Shown piece after piece: positions 10,630 through 18,703 of a stretch of 64,000 nucleotides of DNA. The notes under the pieces are model-generated. The model did no database searches. It had not been told where the DNA came from and saw nothing but the letters and a program-made list of their open reading frames with translations. Both the position numbers and the translations under genes were made by a program. The first letter of the stretch is position 1. Each line of letters begins with the position of its first letter. The stretch lies in the sequence record NC_070963.1; one strand, 5' to 3'.

Positions 10630-10884
10630 ATGGCATCATTTACTGAAAGACACGAACATAAACTAGAAATCATTCCACCTTTCTCTATCATTCAATGTCG
10701 TAGAGCAGATATTATTGAGAAGGATGGTGTAGAAGTCGGTAGAACATATCACAGACACGTTAGAACTCCCGGCGAAGATGTTTCTGATGATTGTCAAGAA
10801 CTTCAAGCAGTCGCAGCAGCATTATGGACTCCAGAAGTCATTGCTGCTTATCAAGCATCTTTAGAGTCTAATAGTAATTTATAA
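10630..10884 (+). CDS. small fibre-associated protein, putative chaperone (paralogue of 4031-4285)
   Basis: Near-identical to 4031-4285, including the upstream leader. Confidence 0.65.
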   Translation: MASFTERHEHKLEIIPPFSIIQCRRADIIEKDGVEVGRTYHRHVRTPGEDVSDDCQELQAVAAALWTPEVIAAYQASLESNSNL

Positions 10885-10941
10885 CTCATCTTCAAAAGCA
10901 ACAAACCTACTCTAGACACAAAAATCAAAGTTGTCAACCCC

Positions 10942-10970
10942 TTGACAATTCCACCACGTTCTCTTATGAT
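10942..10970 (+). promoter_or_regulatory. sigma70-type promoter
   Basis: TTGACA-17 nt-TATGAT. Confidence 0.7.
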
Positions 10971-10976
10971 ACTGAA

Positions 10977-11078
10977 GTCTTTTAAGTTCTTTGCATCTTT
11001 GAGAACGAAAGACCCTCTTCGGTGGTGTGAAGAGGTTGGTTGGTGGTATAATTAGAGGAGAGAAATCTCCTCTTTTTT
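10977..11078 (+). ncRNA. candidate structured small RNA
   Basis: Lies between the sigma70 promoter and an intrinsic terminator, no convincing ORF; two predicted hairpins. Confidence 0.45.
11054..11078 (+). terminator. intrinsic terminator
   Basis: AGAGGAGA-GAAA-TCTCCTCT followed by a T run. Confidence 0.8.
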
Positions 11079-11111
11079 CTTATATAAATTATTAATAAAT
11101 CTTAATGACAT

Positions 11112-11354
11112 ATGAATTTCACAGTTTATTCAAAAGACGAATGTCCATACTGCTTCAAAGTTAAAAAAGTATTAGAGTTGACAGACAGTAACTTTGTGGT
11201 TTATAATCTCAACGAGCACTTTACCAAAGAAGAGTTTTATGCTGAGTTTGGTGAAGGGTCTACTTTCCCACAAGTCGTTTGCGATGATCAAAAATTAGGA
11301 GGTTCAGTTGAGACAATCAAATTCCTCAAAGAAAAGCAAATCATCAAGTCCTGA
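11112..11354 (+). CDS. nrdC: glutaredoxin
   Basis: YSKDECPYC (CPYC) active site, TFPQV cis-Pro motif, LGG. Confidence 0.9.
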   Translation: MNFTVYSKDECPYCFKVKKVLELTDSNFVVYNLNEHFTKEEFYAEFGEGSTFPQVVCDDQKLGGSVETIKFLKEKQIIKS

Positions 11355-11529
11355 CATAAATAACCGTGAAGATCATTTCAATCGTGGCGTTGAATTGATA
11401 CTCAACAATGGAGGTAAAAGAAAGCAGACTCAACCATTTCACATTATCTTTGAGAAGATAGTTTGCTTTCTGAATCGGGAAGTCACTATCTATTTTGAAT
11501 TTTCCTTAAAGTCAAGGAAGAAAAAGTAA
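11308..11529 (+). CDS. conserved cyanophage hypothetical protein
   Basis: ORF in tightly packed operon; true start uncertain. Confidence 0.5.
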   Translation: MRQSNSSKKSKSSSPDINNREDHFNRGVELILNNGGKRKQTQPFHIIFEKIVCFLNREVTIYFEFSLKSRKKK

Positions 11530-11547
11530 TTTTCCCGGAGAAAACAA

Positions 11548-11793
11548 ATGTTAGCAATCAGTTTAGTCTTTGGTTCTTTTCTAACGATCTTGTTTCTGAT
11601 AATGGGAATGGTTATTGGTTGGGTAGGCCGTGAATATATGATGACTCATCAAGAAGGCCCAAAACAAATTGCTTATCATCCGGAGTTTTATGATAAAGAT
11701 GGTGAGTTAATTGATCAAGAAATTGTATCTGTAAGATTTGAGCAAGGATACTTTGAAGATGATTTTGAGATGGAAGAAGAGGATGAATCATAA
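11548..11793 (+). CDS. small membrane protein
   Basis: N-terminal hydrophobic helix, acidic tail, GGAG RBS. Confidence 0.65.
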   Translation: MLAISLVFGSFLTILFLIMGMVIGWVGREYMMTHQEGPKQIAYHPEFYDKDGELIDQEIVSVRFEQGYFEDDFEMEEEDES

Positions 11794-11835
11794 TCAATAA
11801 ATAATTTCAACATAATTCAACATTCTGTTAATCAT

Positions 11836-12441
11836 ATGACAACGACAACTAAAGCAAAAACTACTGTCAAAAAAACTGCTCCAAAACCAAAAGTTGCAGA
11901 AGCACCAATTCCCGATCTTCCTGCAAATCCTTTTGTTTTTGAGATTCTGAATATTGTAGTTAAACAGCGAAGCAACGCTAAAAAGATTGAAGCACTCCAA
12001 AAGTTTGAGCATCCTTGTCTGAAGGCAATTTTTATTTGGAATTTTGATGAGTCAATTGTTTCAGCACTTCCTCCTGGCGATGTTCCTTATGCTGCTGTAG
12101 ATGAGATGGATTCATTCAAAGGAACTTTGAGTGAAAAAATTACTGACGCAGTTGAAAAAATGGGAGAACTTGGAAGCAACTCTTTGGGTTCTCAAGATCA
12201 GGGAAGATCCTCAATTCGCAAAGAATATACCAAGTTTTATAATTTCGTTAAGGGTGGTAATGACGGATTAAGTTCAATGCGTAGAGAGACAATGTTTATT
12301 AATACTCTTCAGGGTCTTCATCCTCTTGAAGCAGAAATTCTTTGCCTTGTAAAGGATAAGAAACTGGATACAAAGTATAAGATTACAAAAGAGATTATTT
12401 CACAGGCATATCCTGATATTCAGTGGGGAGGTCGTAGTTGA
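11836..12441 (+). CDS. conserved T4-like phage hypothetical protein
   Basis: 201 aa ORF, ETMFINTLQGLHPLEAEIL motif seen in T4-like phage hypotheticals. Confidence 0.7.
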   Translation: MTTTTKAKTTVKKTAPKPKVAEAPIPDLPANPFVFEILNIVVKQRSNAKKIEALQKFEHPCLKAIFIWNFDESIVSALPPGDVPYAAVDEMDSFKGTLSEKITDAVEKMGELGSNSLGSQDQGRSSIRKEYTKFYNFVKGGNDGLSSMRRETMFINTLQGLHPLEAEILCLVKDKKLDTKYKITKEIISQAYPDIQWGGRS

Positions 12442-12791
12442 GCAAACTTCGTGATGTGGTAGAAAAAGCAAAGAATACCGAAACTCCTATGGAAAACTGG
12501 ACTCCCGCAGAAAAAGAAACTTGTAAGTCACGATATGGTTGTGACATCATGATTGAAAATGGTTCTTATGCGGAAGTTTGCACTAAAGAAGCACCTAGTG
12601 ATGCATATATTGTAAAATATATGGTCGATAATAAGATTTGTTTTGATCTAACTAGAGGTTCAAAACTTCGTTTATTTGATATGTATTGGGATAAGTTTCG
12701 TGAGAATCTTATGAGTGTTGAATTTGGATATGGGAGAATCAATCCAAAACTTTGGGGCATTAAACCACCTGAAAAGAAAAAGCGAAAGTGA
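12438..12791 (+). CDS. conserved cyanophage hypothetical protein
   Basis: Overlaps the previous stop; FDMYWDK and GYGRINPKLWG motifs. Confidence 0.65.
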   Translation: MSKLRDVVEKAKNTETPMENWTPAEKETCKSRYGCDIMIENGSYAEVCTKEAPSDAYIVKYMVDNKICFDLTRGSKLRLFDMYWDKFRENLMSVEFGYGRINPKLWGIKPPEKKKRK

Positions 12792-12873
12792 TTTCCCAGA
12801 TCGGGTAAAAAATTTTCCGGTAAAATTTTCCACGCGATGGTTTTTAAAAAAGTAGCGTACTGATACAATTTTA

Positions 12874-12887
12874 GTATCGGTTGCTAC
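12874..12887. promoter_or_regulatory. putative NtcA binding site
   Basis: GTATCGGTTGCTAC = GTA-N8-TAC consensus, upstream of -10-like hexamers TATGAT (12899) and TAATAT (12904). Confidence 0.5.
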
Positions 12888-12917
12888 TTTTTAAGTTTTA
12901 TGATAATATATACATTA

Positions 12918-12959
12918 CGTTCATCTGAAAATCAGACGGAAGTACGCCGACTCGGAACG
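12918..12959 (+). ncRNA. glutamine riboswitch-like (glnA-motif-like) aptamer 1
   Basis: CGTTC..GAACG outer stem, TCTGA/TCAGA inner stem, CGGAAGTA junction as in glnA RNAs. Confidence 0.6.
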
Positions 12960-12963
12960 AAGT

Positions 12964-13132
12964 CGTTCATCTATGGAAACACTTCTTTTAACCTGTCTTC
13001 AAGCACAATTCTTAATTAAAAGAATTGAAATGACTCATTTAACTCCCAGAGAAAAGAATGATTTGATTTGGGAAGTTAAGCAGATAAGTCGAAAAGAGTG
13101 TAAAATAGACGCAAAAGCCGACGGAAGGAACG
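12964..13132 (+). ncRNA. glutamine riboswitch-like aptamer 2 with large P2 insertion
   Basis: CGTTCA-TCTAT ... ATAGA-CGCAAAAG-CCG/CGG-AAG-GAACG; same architecture as aptamer 1 but the P2 loop holds about 130 nt. Confidence 0.5.
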
Positions 13133-13140
13133 CTCTTTAA
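12973..13140 (+). CDS. 55 aa hypothetical protein nested in aptamer 2
   Basis: Hand translation METLLLTCLQAQFLIKRIEMTHLTPREKNDLIWEVKQISRKECKIDAKADGRNAL. Confidence 0.55.
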   Translation: METLLLTCLQAQFLIKRIEMTHLTPREKNDLIWEVKQISRKECKIDAKADGRNAL

Positions 13141-13163
13141 CTTAAAAATTAAGGAGAAACCTA

Positions 13164-13301
13164 ATGTCACAAGTCGTTTATAGAGGTGTCCCATATGACA
13201 CCGAACACCGCCGCCAAGCACAACAACAGGTGCAACAACAACCCCAACAATACAACGAAACATATCGTGGAGTTAAGTTTGTAAAGGGGGCAGAAAAATG
13301 A
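13164..13301 (+). CDS. DUF4278-family small protein, Gln-rich
   Basis: MSQVVYRGVPYDT...TYRGVKF (two YRGV motifs); AAGGAG RBS. Confidence 0.75.
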   Translation: MSQVVYRGVPYDTEHRRQAQQQVQQQPQQYNETYRGVKFVKGAEK

Positions 13302-13399
13302 ATACTTATTTTGTTCTTTATTTAAAGAAAAAAGCAAAAAGAGAAAAGTTTCTTAAAATCGCACAACTGAATATGGCAAAGCAACCACAAGTTGCTTAA
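13298..13399 (+). CDS. 33 aa basic peptide
   Basis: ATGA overlap with the DUF4278 stop; MNTYFVLYLKKKAKREKFLKIAQLNMAKQPQVA; ends just before the terminator. Confidence 0.45.
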   Translation: MNTYFVLYLKKKAKREKFLKIAQLNMAKQPQVA

Positions 13400-13402
13400 T
13401 CT

Positions 13403-13431
13403 AAAGGAGGGTTGATTCCCTCCTTTTTTTA
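13403..13431 (+). terminator. intrinsic terminator
   Basis: GGAGGG/CCCTCC stem followed by a T run. Confidence 0.8.
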
Positions 13432-13461
13432 TGATAAAATACCTGAAGAGTACAATACCCG

Positions 13462-13620
13462 ATGGACAAAGACCGATTAAAACTTATTGTTCGTAATCTG
13501 GAACTCTTGGTTGATTCTCTGAAAGCAGAAATCTATTCTGATACAACTGCTTATAAACCCAAAGAACCAATGGGAAAAAGACCAATTTTAGATTACGATG
13601 AAATCTTTGAGGATGATTGA
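13462..13620 (+). CDS. conserved cyanophage hypothetical (52 aa)
   Basis: MDKDRLKLIVRNLELLVDSLKAEIYSD...DYDEIFEDD by hand translation. Confidence 0.65.
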   Translation: MDKDRLKLIVRNLELLVDSLKAEIYSDTTAYKPKEPMGKRPILDYDEIFEDD

Positions 13621-13785
13621 ATGAGTAGAGCAAAACAACTGGTTAAATTGTTGGAAAGAATGCTCAAACAAGAGCATTTATTTTCGAAAGAACAAATTGT
13701 AGAAATCAAACAACAACTGCGAGTTGTCAAGAAAGAACTTGCAGAAGTTGAAGCACAAACATCAAAAGGATTTGGAAAGAAATGA
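13621..13785 (+). CDS. conserved cyanophage hypothetical (54 aa, coiled coil)
   Basis: MSRAKQLVKLLERM...SKGFGKK; abuts the previous gene and overlaps the thyX start. Confidence 0.6.
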   Translation: MSRAKQLVKLLERMLKQEHLFSKEQIVEIKQQLRVVKKELAEVEAQTSKGFGKK

Positions 13786-14537
13786 AACCAATTAAAGCAA
13801 AAGATCTTCTTGAACTAGATAAAGAAATGAAAGTTGTGATGCTTCGACAGACACAACTTCCACAAACTCTTGTCTGGCAAGCGGGAAAGAATGATTACTC
13901 TGAGGAACCTATTCATACGAAATTCCCTCCGAATGAAACGGAATGTGGTAAATGGGTTATTGAGCAATTACTTGCAAATGAGCGTGGCCACTGGGGCCCG
14001 CTGGAACATCCTGCGATTGCTTTGGATTGTGTTGGATTTGTTCATAATGTAATGGTACAGGCAAGAACTCATCGTGTAGGAGTATCATTTGATGTTCAAT
14101 CTCAACGTTATACTGGTCGTCGTGTTCTAAAGGTTGCTAGAGGTGAATTGAAACCACAAGAGGTTTATTATGTGCGCCCTGCTGGTCTCTATCTTGACCG
14201 TAAAGGGCACAAATACGAATGGACACAAGATGACTACGAAAGGCAGTTAAAGTTCTGTCTGGCGGCATCTGAGAGGTATGCAGAGGGGTATGAAAAGCGT
14301 GGTATGGCGGAGGAACATCTTCGTGATTATCTTCCTCAAAATATTCGCCAAAACTTTGTGGTTTCATTCTCATTGAGAGCAGCACTTCACTTCCTCGACC
14401 TTCGTGCAAAACTTGATGCACAAGTTGAGATTCAGGCACTTTGTGAAGGTATGGTTCCAGTAATTAAAAAATGGGTTCCAGAGATCTTTAGTTATTATGA
14501 AGAAAAGCGTCTTCATAAGGCACGGTTGAGTCCATAA
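13782..14537 (+). CDS. thyX: flavin-dependent thymidylate synthase
   Basis: GHWGPLEH and RTHRVGVSFDVQSQRY (RHRx7-SxR-like) signatures. Confidence 0.92.
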   Translation: MKPIKAKDLLELDKEMKVVMLRQTQLPQTLVWQAGKNDYSEEPIHTKFPPNETECGKWVIEQLLANERGHWGPLEHPAIALDCVGFVHNVMVQARTHRVGVSFDVQSQRYTGRRVLKVARGELKPQEVYYVRPAGLYLDRKGHKYEWTQDDYERQLKFCLAASERYAEGYEKRGMAEEHLRDYLPQNIRQNFVVSFSLRAALHFLDLRAKLDAQVEIQALCEGMVPVIKKWVPEIFSYYEEKRLHKARLSP

Positions 14538-14564
14538 ATATTTTTGTGTTGAATTTATAACTTT

Positions 14565-15116
14565 ATGGAGTATTATACTTATGCATATCTAAGAAAAGAT
14601 AAAACTCCTTGGTATATTGGTAAAGGAACTGGTAGGAGAGCATATCAAAAACACGATTTTTTTAATTGCCCATCAAAAGAAAGAATACTTATTTTAAAAA
14701 AGAATCTTACAGAACAGGAGGCATATAAACACGAAATTTATATGATTTCTATTTTTGGTAGGAAAGATTTAGGAAATGGTATTCTTCGTAATAGGACTGA
14801 TGGTGGTGATGCTCCTCCTATTTTTAAGAGGCATACTGAAGAATCTAAACAAAAAATACGAAATTCTTGTAAAGGTAGAATTTTAGGTCCTGGTATGAGT
14901 GTTGAGGCAAGAATAAAAAGATCAGAAAAAAATAAAAAAATGGGTATCAAACCTCCCCTATATACAAAGTCATATAAATTAATTTCTCCAACGGGAGAAA
15001 TATATGAAGGTGAAAACATCAATAAATTTTGTTTATTGAATAACTTAAATCCAGATGCAATTTACAGTATGAGGCGTGGAAAACAAAAACAACATAAGGG
15101 ATGGAGACTAGCATAA
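14565..15116 (+). CDS. GIY-YIG-like homing endonuclease
   Basis: YYTYAYLRKDKTPWYIGKG, EA..HE, LRNRTDGG; C-terminal KQHKGW motif. Confidence 0.8.
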   Translation: MEYYTYAYLRKDKTPWYIGKGTGRRAYQKHDFFNCPSKERILILKKNLTEQEAYKHEIYMISIFGRKDLGNGILRNRTDGGDAPPIFKRHTEESKQKIRNSCKGRILGPGMSVEARIKRSEKNKKMGIKPPLYTKSYKLISPTGEIYEGENINKFCLLNNLNPDAIYSMRRGKQKQHKGWRLA

Positions 15117-15355
15117 TGCCCACATATAGATTTGAAAATATAGAGACTGGTGAAATCTTTGAGAAATGGATGTATATGGCAGAAAAAGATTCATATCTCA
15201 AAGAAAATCCACATCTTAAACCACTTATTCCAACACAAATGAATGTTGGCGAGGTGGGGGACTGGAAAAATAAATTGATCAATAAGCATCCAGATTGGAA
15301 TACTGTATTGGATCGTGCAAGTAAAGCGCCAAAATCAACTGTAAAGAAACTCTAA
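15116..15355 (+). CDS. FmdB-like small protein
   Basis: MPTYRF start typical of the FmdB family; conserved position before phoH. Confidence 0.55.
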   Translation: MPTYRFENIETGEIFEKWMYMAEKDSYLKENPHLKPLIPTQMNVGEVGDWKNKLINKHPDWNTVLDRASKAPKSTVKKL

Positions 15356-15356
15356 T

Positions 15357-16115
15357 ATGGCAAGAAGAAAGAGAAGCACTGCAGACCAACCAATTGGAGT
15401 TGGTCTTACAGCAAAGCAGGCAAAGAGAAAGAAACCATTAAGTTCAGAGTATTTGGTTGATATAGAACCTCTTACAGACAATCAAAAGCGTTTGTTTAAT
15501 TCTTATGCAGACGGTAAGCATATTGTTGCTTATGGTTGTGCTGGAACTGGTAAAACCTTTATCACACTCTATAATGCTCTGGTTGATGTTCTAGATGAAA
15601 GAACTCCTTATGAGAAGATTTATCTTGTAAGATCTCTTGTTCCAACTCGTGAGATTGGGTTCTTGCCTGGAAGTCACGACGATAAGGCAGACATTTACCA
15701 AATTCCTTATAAGAATATGGTGAAGTATATGTTCCAAATGCCTTCTGATGCTGACTTTGAGATGCTTTATGGAAATCTTAAATCGCAAGAAACAATTAGA
15801 TTTTGGAGCACTTCATTTATTCGTGGTGTGACTTTAGATAATTGTATTATTATTGTAGATGAGTTTGCCAACCTTAATTTCCACGAACTTGATTCTATTA
15901 TTACTCGTGTTGGTGAGAATACCAAGATTTGTTTCTGCGGAGATGCTACTCAATCAGATCTTATAAAAACAAATGAACGCAATGGTATTGTAGATTTTAT
16001 GACTGTGTTGCGTAAAATGACTTCTTTTGATATAATAGAGTTTGGTATAGATGATATTGTTCGTTCAGGAACAGTTCGAGAATACCTTATTGCTAAAACG
16101 GATGCTGGTTTTTAA
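15357..16115 (+). CDS. phoH: PhoH family ATPase
   Basis: GCAGTGKT P-loop, RSLV, IGFLPG, DEFAN, GDATQSD motifs. Confidence 0.93.
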   Translation: MARRKRSTADQPIGVGLTAKQAKRKKPLSSEYLVDIEPLTDNQKRLFNSYADGKHIVAYGCAGTGKTFITLYNALVDVLDERTPYEKIYLVRSLVPTREIGFLPGSHDDKADIYQIPYKNMVKYMFQMPSDADFEMLYGNLKSQETIRFWSTSFIRGVTLDNCIIIVDEFANLNFHELDSIITRVGENTKICFCGDATQSDLIKTNERNGIVDFMTVLRKMTSFDIIEFGIDDIVRSGTVREYLIAKTDAGF

Positions 16116-16792
16116 TGTTCAAACATATTGATATTGAACTCCCAAAGTTGGAGCGTGAGACAATAGATGGGGTCAGGTATTATAAAGTGCCTGATGATGA
16201 AGAACTTCTTAAACTAGTTTCAATCACTTCTGTTACGAGTCATTTTAATCGTGAAATATTCGTCAAGTGGCGTAAAAAAGTCGGTGAAGAAGAAGCACAG
16301 AAGATTACTAAAGCGGCAACGAATCGTGGCACGGATTTACATTCTCTCGTGGAAAACTATCTTTATAATAAGGATCTCCCGCCTGTTCCGCCGCTTCCGG
16401 ATTTTCTTTTTAAGATTGCGAAAACCGAACTTAATCGTATAAATAATATTTACGCTCTCGAAGGTTCCCTATATAGTAAGCAACTAGGCATTGCTGGAAC
16501 TGTCGATTGTATTGCCGAATATGACGGCGAATTAGCAATAATTGACTTTAAGACTTCTAAAAAACCAAAACCACGAGAGTGGATTGAACACTATTTTGTT
16601 CAATGTATGGCATACGGTGCAATGTTCTATGAACTCACTGGTATTCCAATTAAAAAACTTGTAATCATTATGTCTTGCGAAAATGGAGAATGCGTCGTTT
16701 ATGAAGAAAGAGACAAATCAAAGTATCTCAAACTACTTACCGAATATATTAGAACATTTGTTAGAGACAAACTCGCAGAATATGGAACCTAA
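16115..16792 (+). CDS. PD-(D/E)XK exonuclease
   Basis: RGT..H, AGTVDCIAEY, IIDFKTS, Q..AY motifs. Confidence 0.85.
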   Translation: MFKHIDIELPKLERETIDGVRYYKVPDDEELLKLVSITSVTSHFNREIFVKWRKKVGEEEAQKITKAATNRGTDLHSLVENYLYNKDLPPVPPLPDFLFKIAKTELNRINNIYALEGSLYSKQLGIAGTVDCIAEYDGELAIIDFKTSKKPKPREWIEHYFVQCMAYGAMFYELTGIPIKKLVIIMSCENGECVVYEERDKSKYLKLLTEYIRTFVRDKLAEYGT

Positions 16793-17042
16793 TAAAGAAC
16801 TAGAACAAGTTATAGAAAATAAGTTTTTGACTCCTTCAAAGTTTGCTCTAGAAATAGAGAAAATTGTGATTGAAGAGAACTTCAATTATATTGACGCAAT
16901 CTGTCATTATTGTGAGATTAATAATCTTGAAGTGGAATCGGTGACCAAATTAATTTCAAAACCATTGAAAGAAAAACTCAAATATGATGCGATTAATTTG
17001 AACTTTATGAAGAAAACCTCAAGGGCAAAACTTCCTCTATGA
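16782..17042 (+). CDS. 33: late transcription co-activator gp33
   Basis: YIDAI..YCE.N.LE..SV.KLISKPLKEKL; T4 gene order 33-59-32. Confidence 0.85.
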   Translation: MEPNKELEQVIENKFLTPSKFALEIEKIVIEENFNYIDAICHYCEINNLEVESVTKLISKPLKEKLKYDAINLNFMKKTSRAKLPL

Positions 17043-17629
17043 GTCCATTTGAAGTTTATCAAAATTATTTGAGTCTTAAGTCACACTTTACCAATCCAAA
17101 ATACGATTACTTTAAATACAACAAGAAAGTCAGAGCAACACTGACTTCTTTTAATAAGCGTAAAGACAAATACTTCTTTGAGAAATCTTCGAGAAAGTAT
17201 TCTGACAAAGAAGTTGTCGATTTTCTTGTATCAAACTTTGTAGCAGCAGACAACCCACAGAACTTATGGATTGGCGAAATTATCAATTCTGGCGAAAGAA
17301 CATACGCAGAGTGGATGCGACGACAGCAGAGTTTAACTTACTTGTTCAAGGAACAAAGCAACGAATTGTTCTCGGAGACAAAATTAGAGGATGCCTTGAA
17401 CTGTTCCAAAGGACATCCACCAATTCTAAAAAGTTTTTTAAGTGGTAAAATCTGCTTGGAAACTTTGGTAATCTATGATAGAATATTCCAGTTCAGTAAA
17501 AGGTTTGATAAGAAACTTCTAGACCCCGTATGGGAGACTGTAAGTTTAAAAATTTCAAAATACTCTCCTTTTCTAAATACTGACATATTCCAGTATAAGC
17601 GTATTTTGCGGGAAATTATCAATGAGTAA
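17039..17629 (+). CDS. 59: helicase loader gp59
   Basis: YLSLKSHF...YDYFKYNKK, F.KRKDKYFFEK, I.LETLVI. Confidence 0.88.
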   Translation: MSPFEVYQNYLSLKSHFTNPKYDYFKYNKKVRATLTSFNKRKDKYFFEKSSRKYSDKEVVDFLVSNFVAADNPQNLWIGEIINSGERTYAEWMRRQQSLTYLFKEQSNELFSETKLEDALNCSKGHPPILKSFLSGKICLETLVIYDRIFQFSKRFDKKLLDPVWETVSLKISKYSPFLNTDIFQYKRILREIINE

Positions 17630-17954
17630 ATTTTTTGACTCTGATATTATTCAAGATGAACTGACAGAAATTAATCAGTTACAAGAGGACATTTACGGAA
17701 GTATTCTGTCTTTCGGTATGATGACCCGTGAAGACAAACTGGAACATATTGAAAAACTTGAATTGCTACTTGAAAAGCAGCGTGTAATGTACACACGTCT
17801 GTCACTTTCTGATGACCCAGAAGCAGTTGTAATGAAAGAAAATCTTCGCAAGTCAGTTGCTCTGATGGGATTTCCACCAGAAACTGATATGAACATTCTA
17901 TTTAAAAGTATGACTAAAACAATCGAATCTCTCAAACAATTTATTGACGCTTGA
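17622..17954 (+). CDS. DUF1825-like cyanophage/cyanobacterial protein
   Basis: FFDSDIIQDE; LLEKQRVMYTRLSLSDDPEA motif. Confidence 0.7.
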   Translation: MSKFFDSDIIQDELTEINQLQEDIYGSILSFGMMTREDKLEHIEKLELLLEKQRVMYTRLSLSDDPEAVVMKENLRKSVALMGFPPETDMNILFKSMTKTIESLKQFIDA

Positions 17955-18052
17955 TAAATAATTGTACCTGATCGGGTGACACTTTTCAGGTAGAAGAGGG
18001 CAACAAGTGCCCTCTTCTTGTATAAATACTTAAGTCACCCGGTTAGAGAAGA
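17955..18052 (+). promoter_or_regulatory. endonuclease leader cassette A (late promoter, 2 hairpins, late promoter)
   Basis: TAAATA 17955; ACCTGA/TCAGGT hairpin whose loop CGGGTGAC (17973-17980) is complementary to GTCACCCG (18034-18041); 10 bp hairpin 17993-18017; TATAAATA 18021. Confidence 0.7.
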
Positions 18053-18703
18053 ATGAAAAAGTATTTTTATGTTTATTATTCCTATGAGGAATATGGTAGA
18101 GGTTATATTGGAAAAAGAGAGTGTAAATGTCTACCGAAAGAAGATACAAGATATTTTGGAAGTTTTAATGACAAAACTTTCAAACCAACTCAAAAAATTA
18201 TTTTGGAAACTTTTGATAGTGTTGAGGAAGCACTTGAAGCAGAATGTGCTCTCCACGACTTTTATCAGGTAGATAAAAATCCTCATTTTGCAAACAGAGC
18301 AAAACAAACTTCAAGAAAATTTTATTATATTGCTCCTAGAGAAAATATGTTGGGAGAAAATAATCCAGCAAAAAGACCAGAAGTTAGGGAAAAAATATCG
18401 GCAGCAGCAAAAAATAGAAAAGCATCCGAAGAAACTAAAAGAAAAATGAGTGAAATGCGTAAAGGAAAACCTTCTCCAAAAGGAATGTTAGGTAAAAAAC
18501 TTACAGAAGATCAAAGGCAAAAGATAAGAGAGAAAAAGGTGGAAAGAGATAATAAGATTTGGATAATAAAAGATCCTGAAGGAAAATTACATACCACAAA
18601 TAATTTAAAATATTTTTGTGAATTAAATAATTTAACAGATTCGGCAATTCATCACGTAATTTCTGGAAAAAGAAATCATCATAAAGGATGGACAAGGGCT
18701 TGA
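18053..18703 (+). CDS. GIY-YIG (Seg-like) homing endonuclease with NUMOD-type repeats
   Basis: FYVYYSYE...GYIGK, YFGS, EA...E, basic HSEET-like repeats, HHKGW tail. Confidence 0.8.
   Translation: MKKYFYVYYSYEEYGRGYIGKRECKCLPKEDTRYFGSFNDKTFKPTQKIILETFDSVEEALEAECALHDFYQVDKNPHFANRAKQTSRKFYYIAPRENMLGENNPAKRPEVREKISAAAKNRKASEETKRKMSEMRKGKPSPKGMLGKKLTEDQRQKIREKKVERDNKIWIIKDPEGKLHTTNNLKYFCELNNLTDSAIHHVISGKRNHHKGWTRA

Noticed and set aside
1480-10884. Diversity-generating retroelement or shufflon behind fibre variation
   Set aside because: No reverse transcriptase or invertase. Repeat differences are not adenine-restricted as far as I could read, and the repeats are direct.
12852-12866. Second NtcA box GTAGCGTACTGATAC
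   Set aside because: Spacing is N9, not N8; treated only as the other arm of the inverted repeat.
14510-14600. Group I intron in thyX with an internal endonuclease
   Set aside because: thyX is uninterrupted and the endonuclease is free-standing downstream; no intron core motifs seen.
16115-16792. Cas4-like nuclease suggesting CRISPR
   Set aside because: Standard cyanophage exonuclease in a core block; no repeat-spacer array or other cas genes seen.
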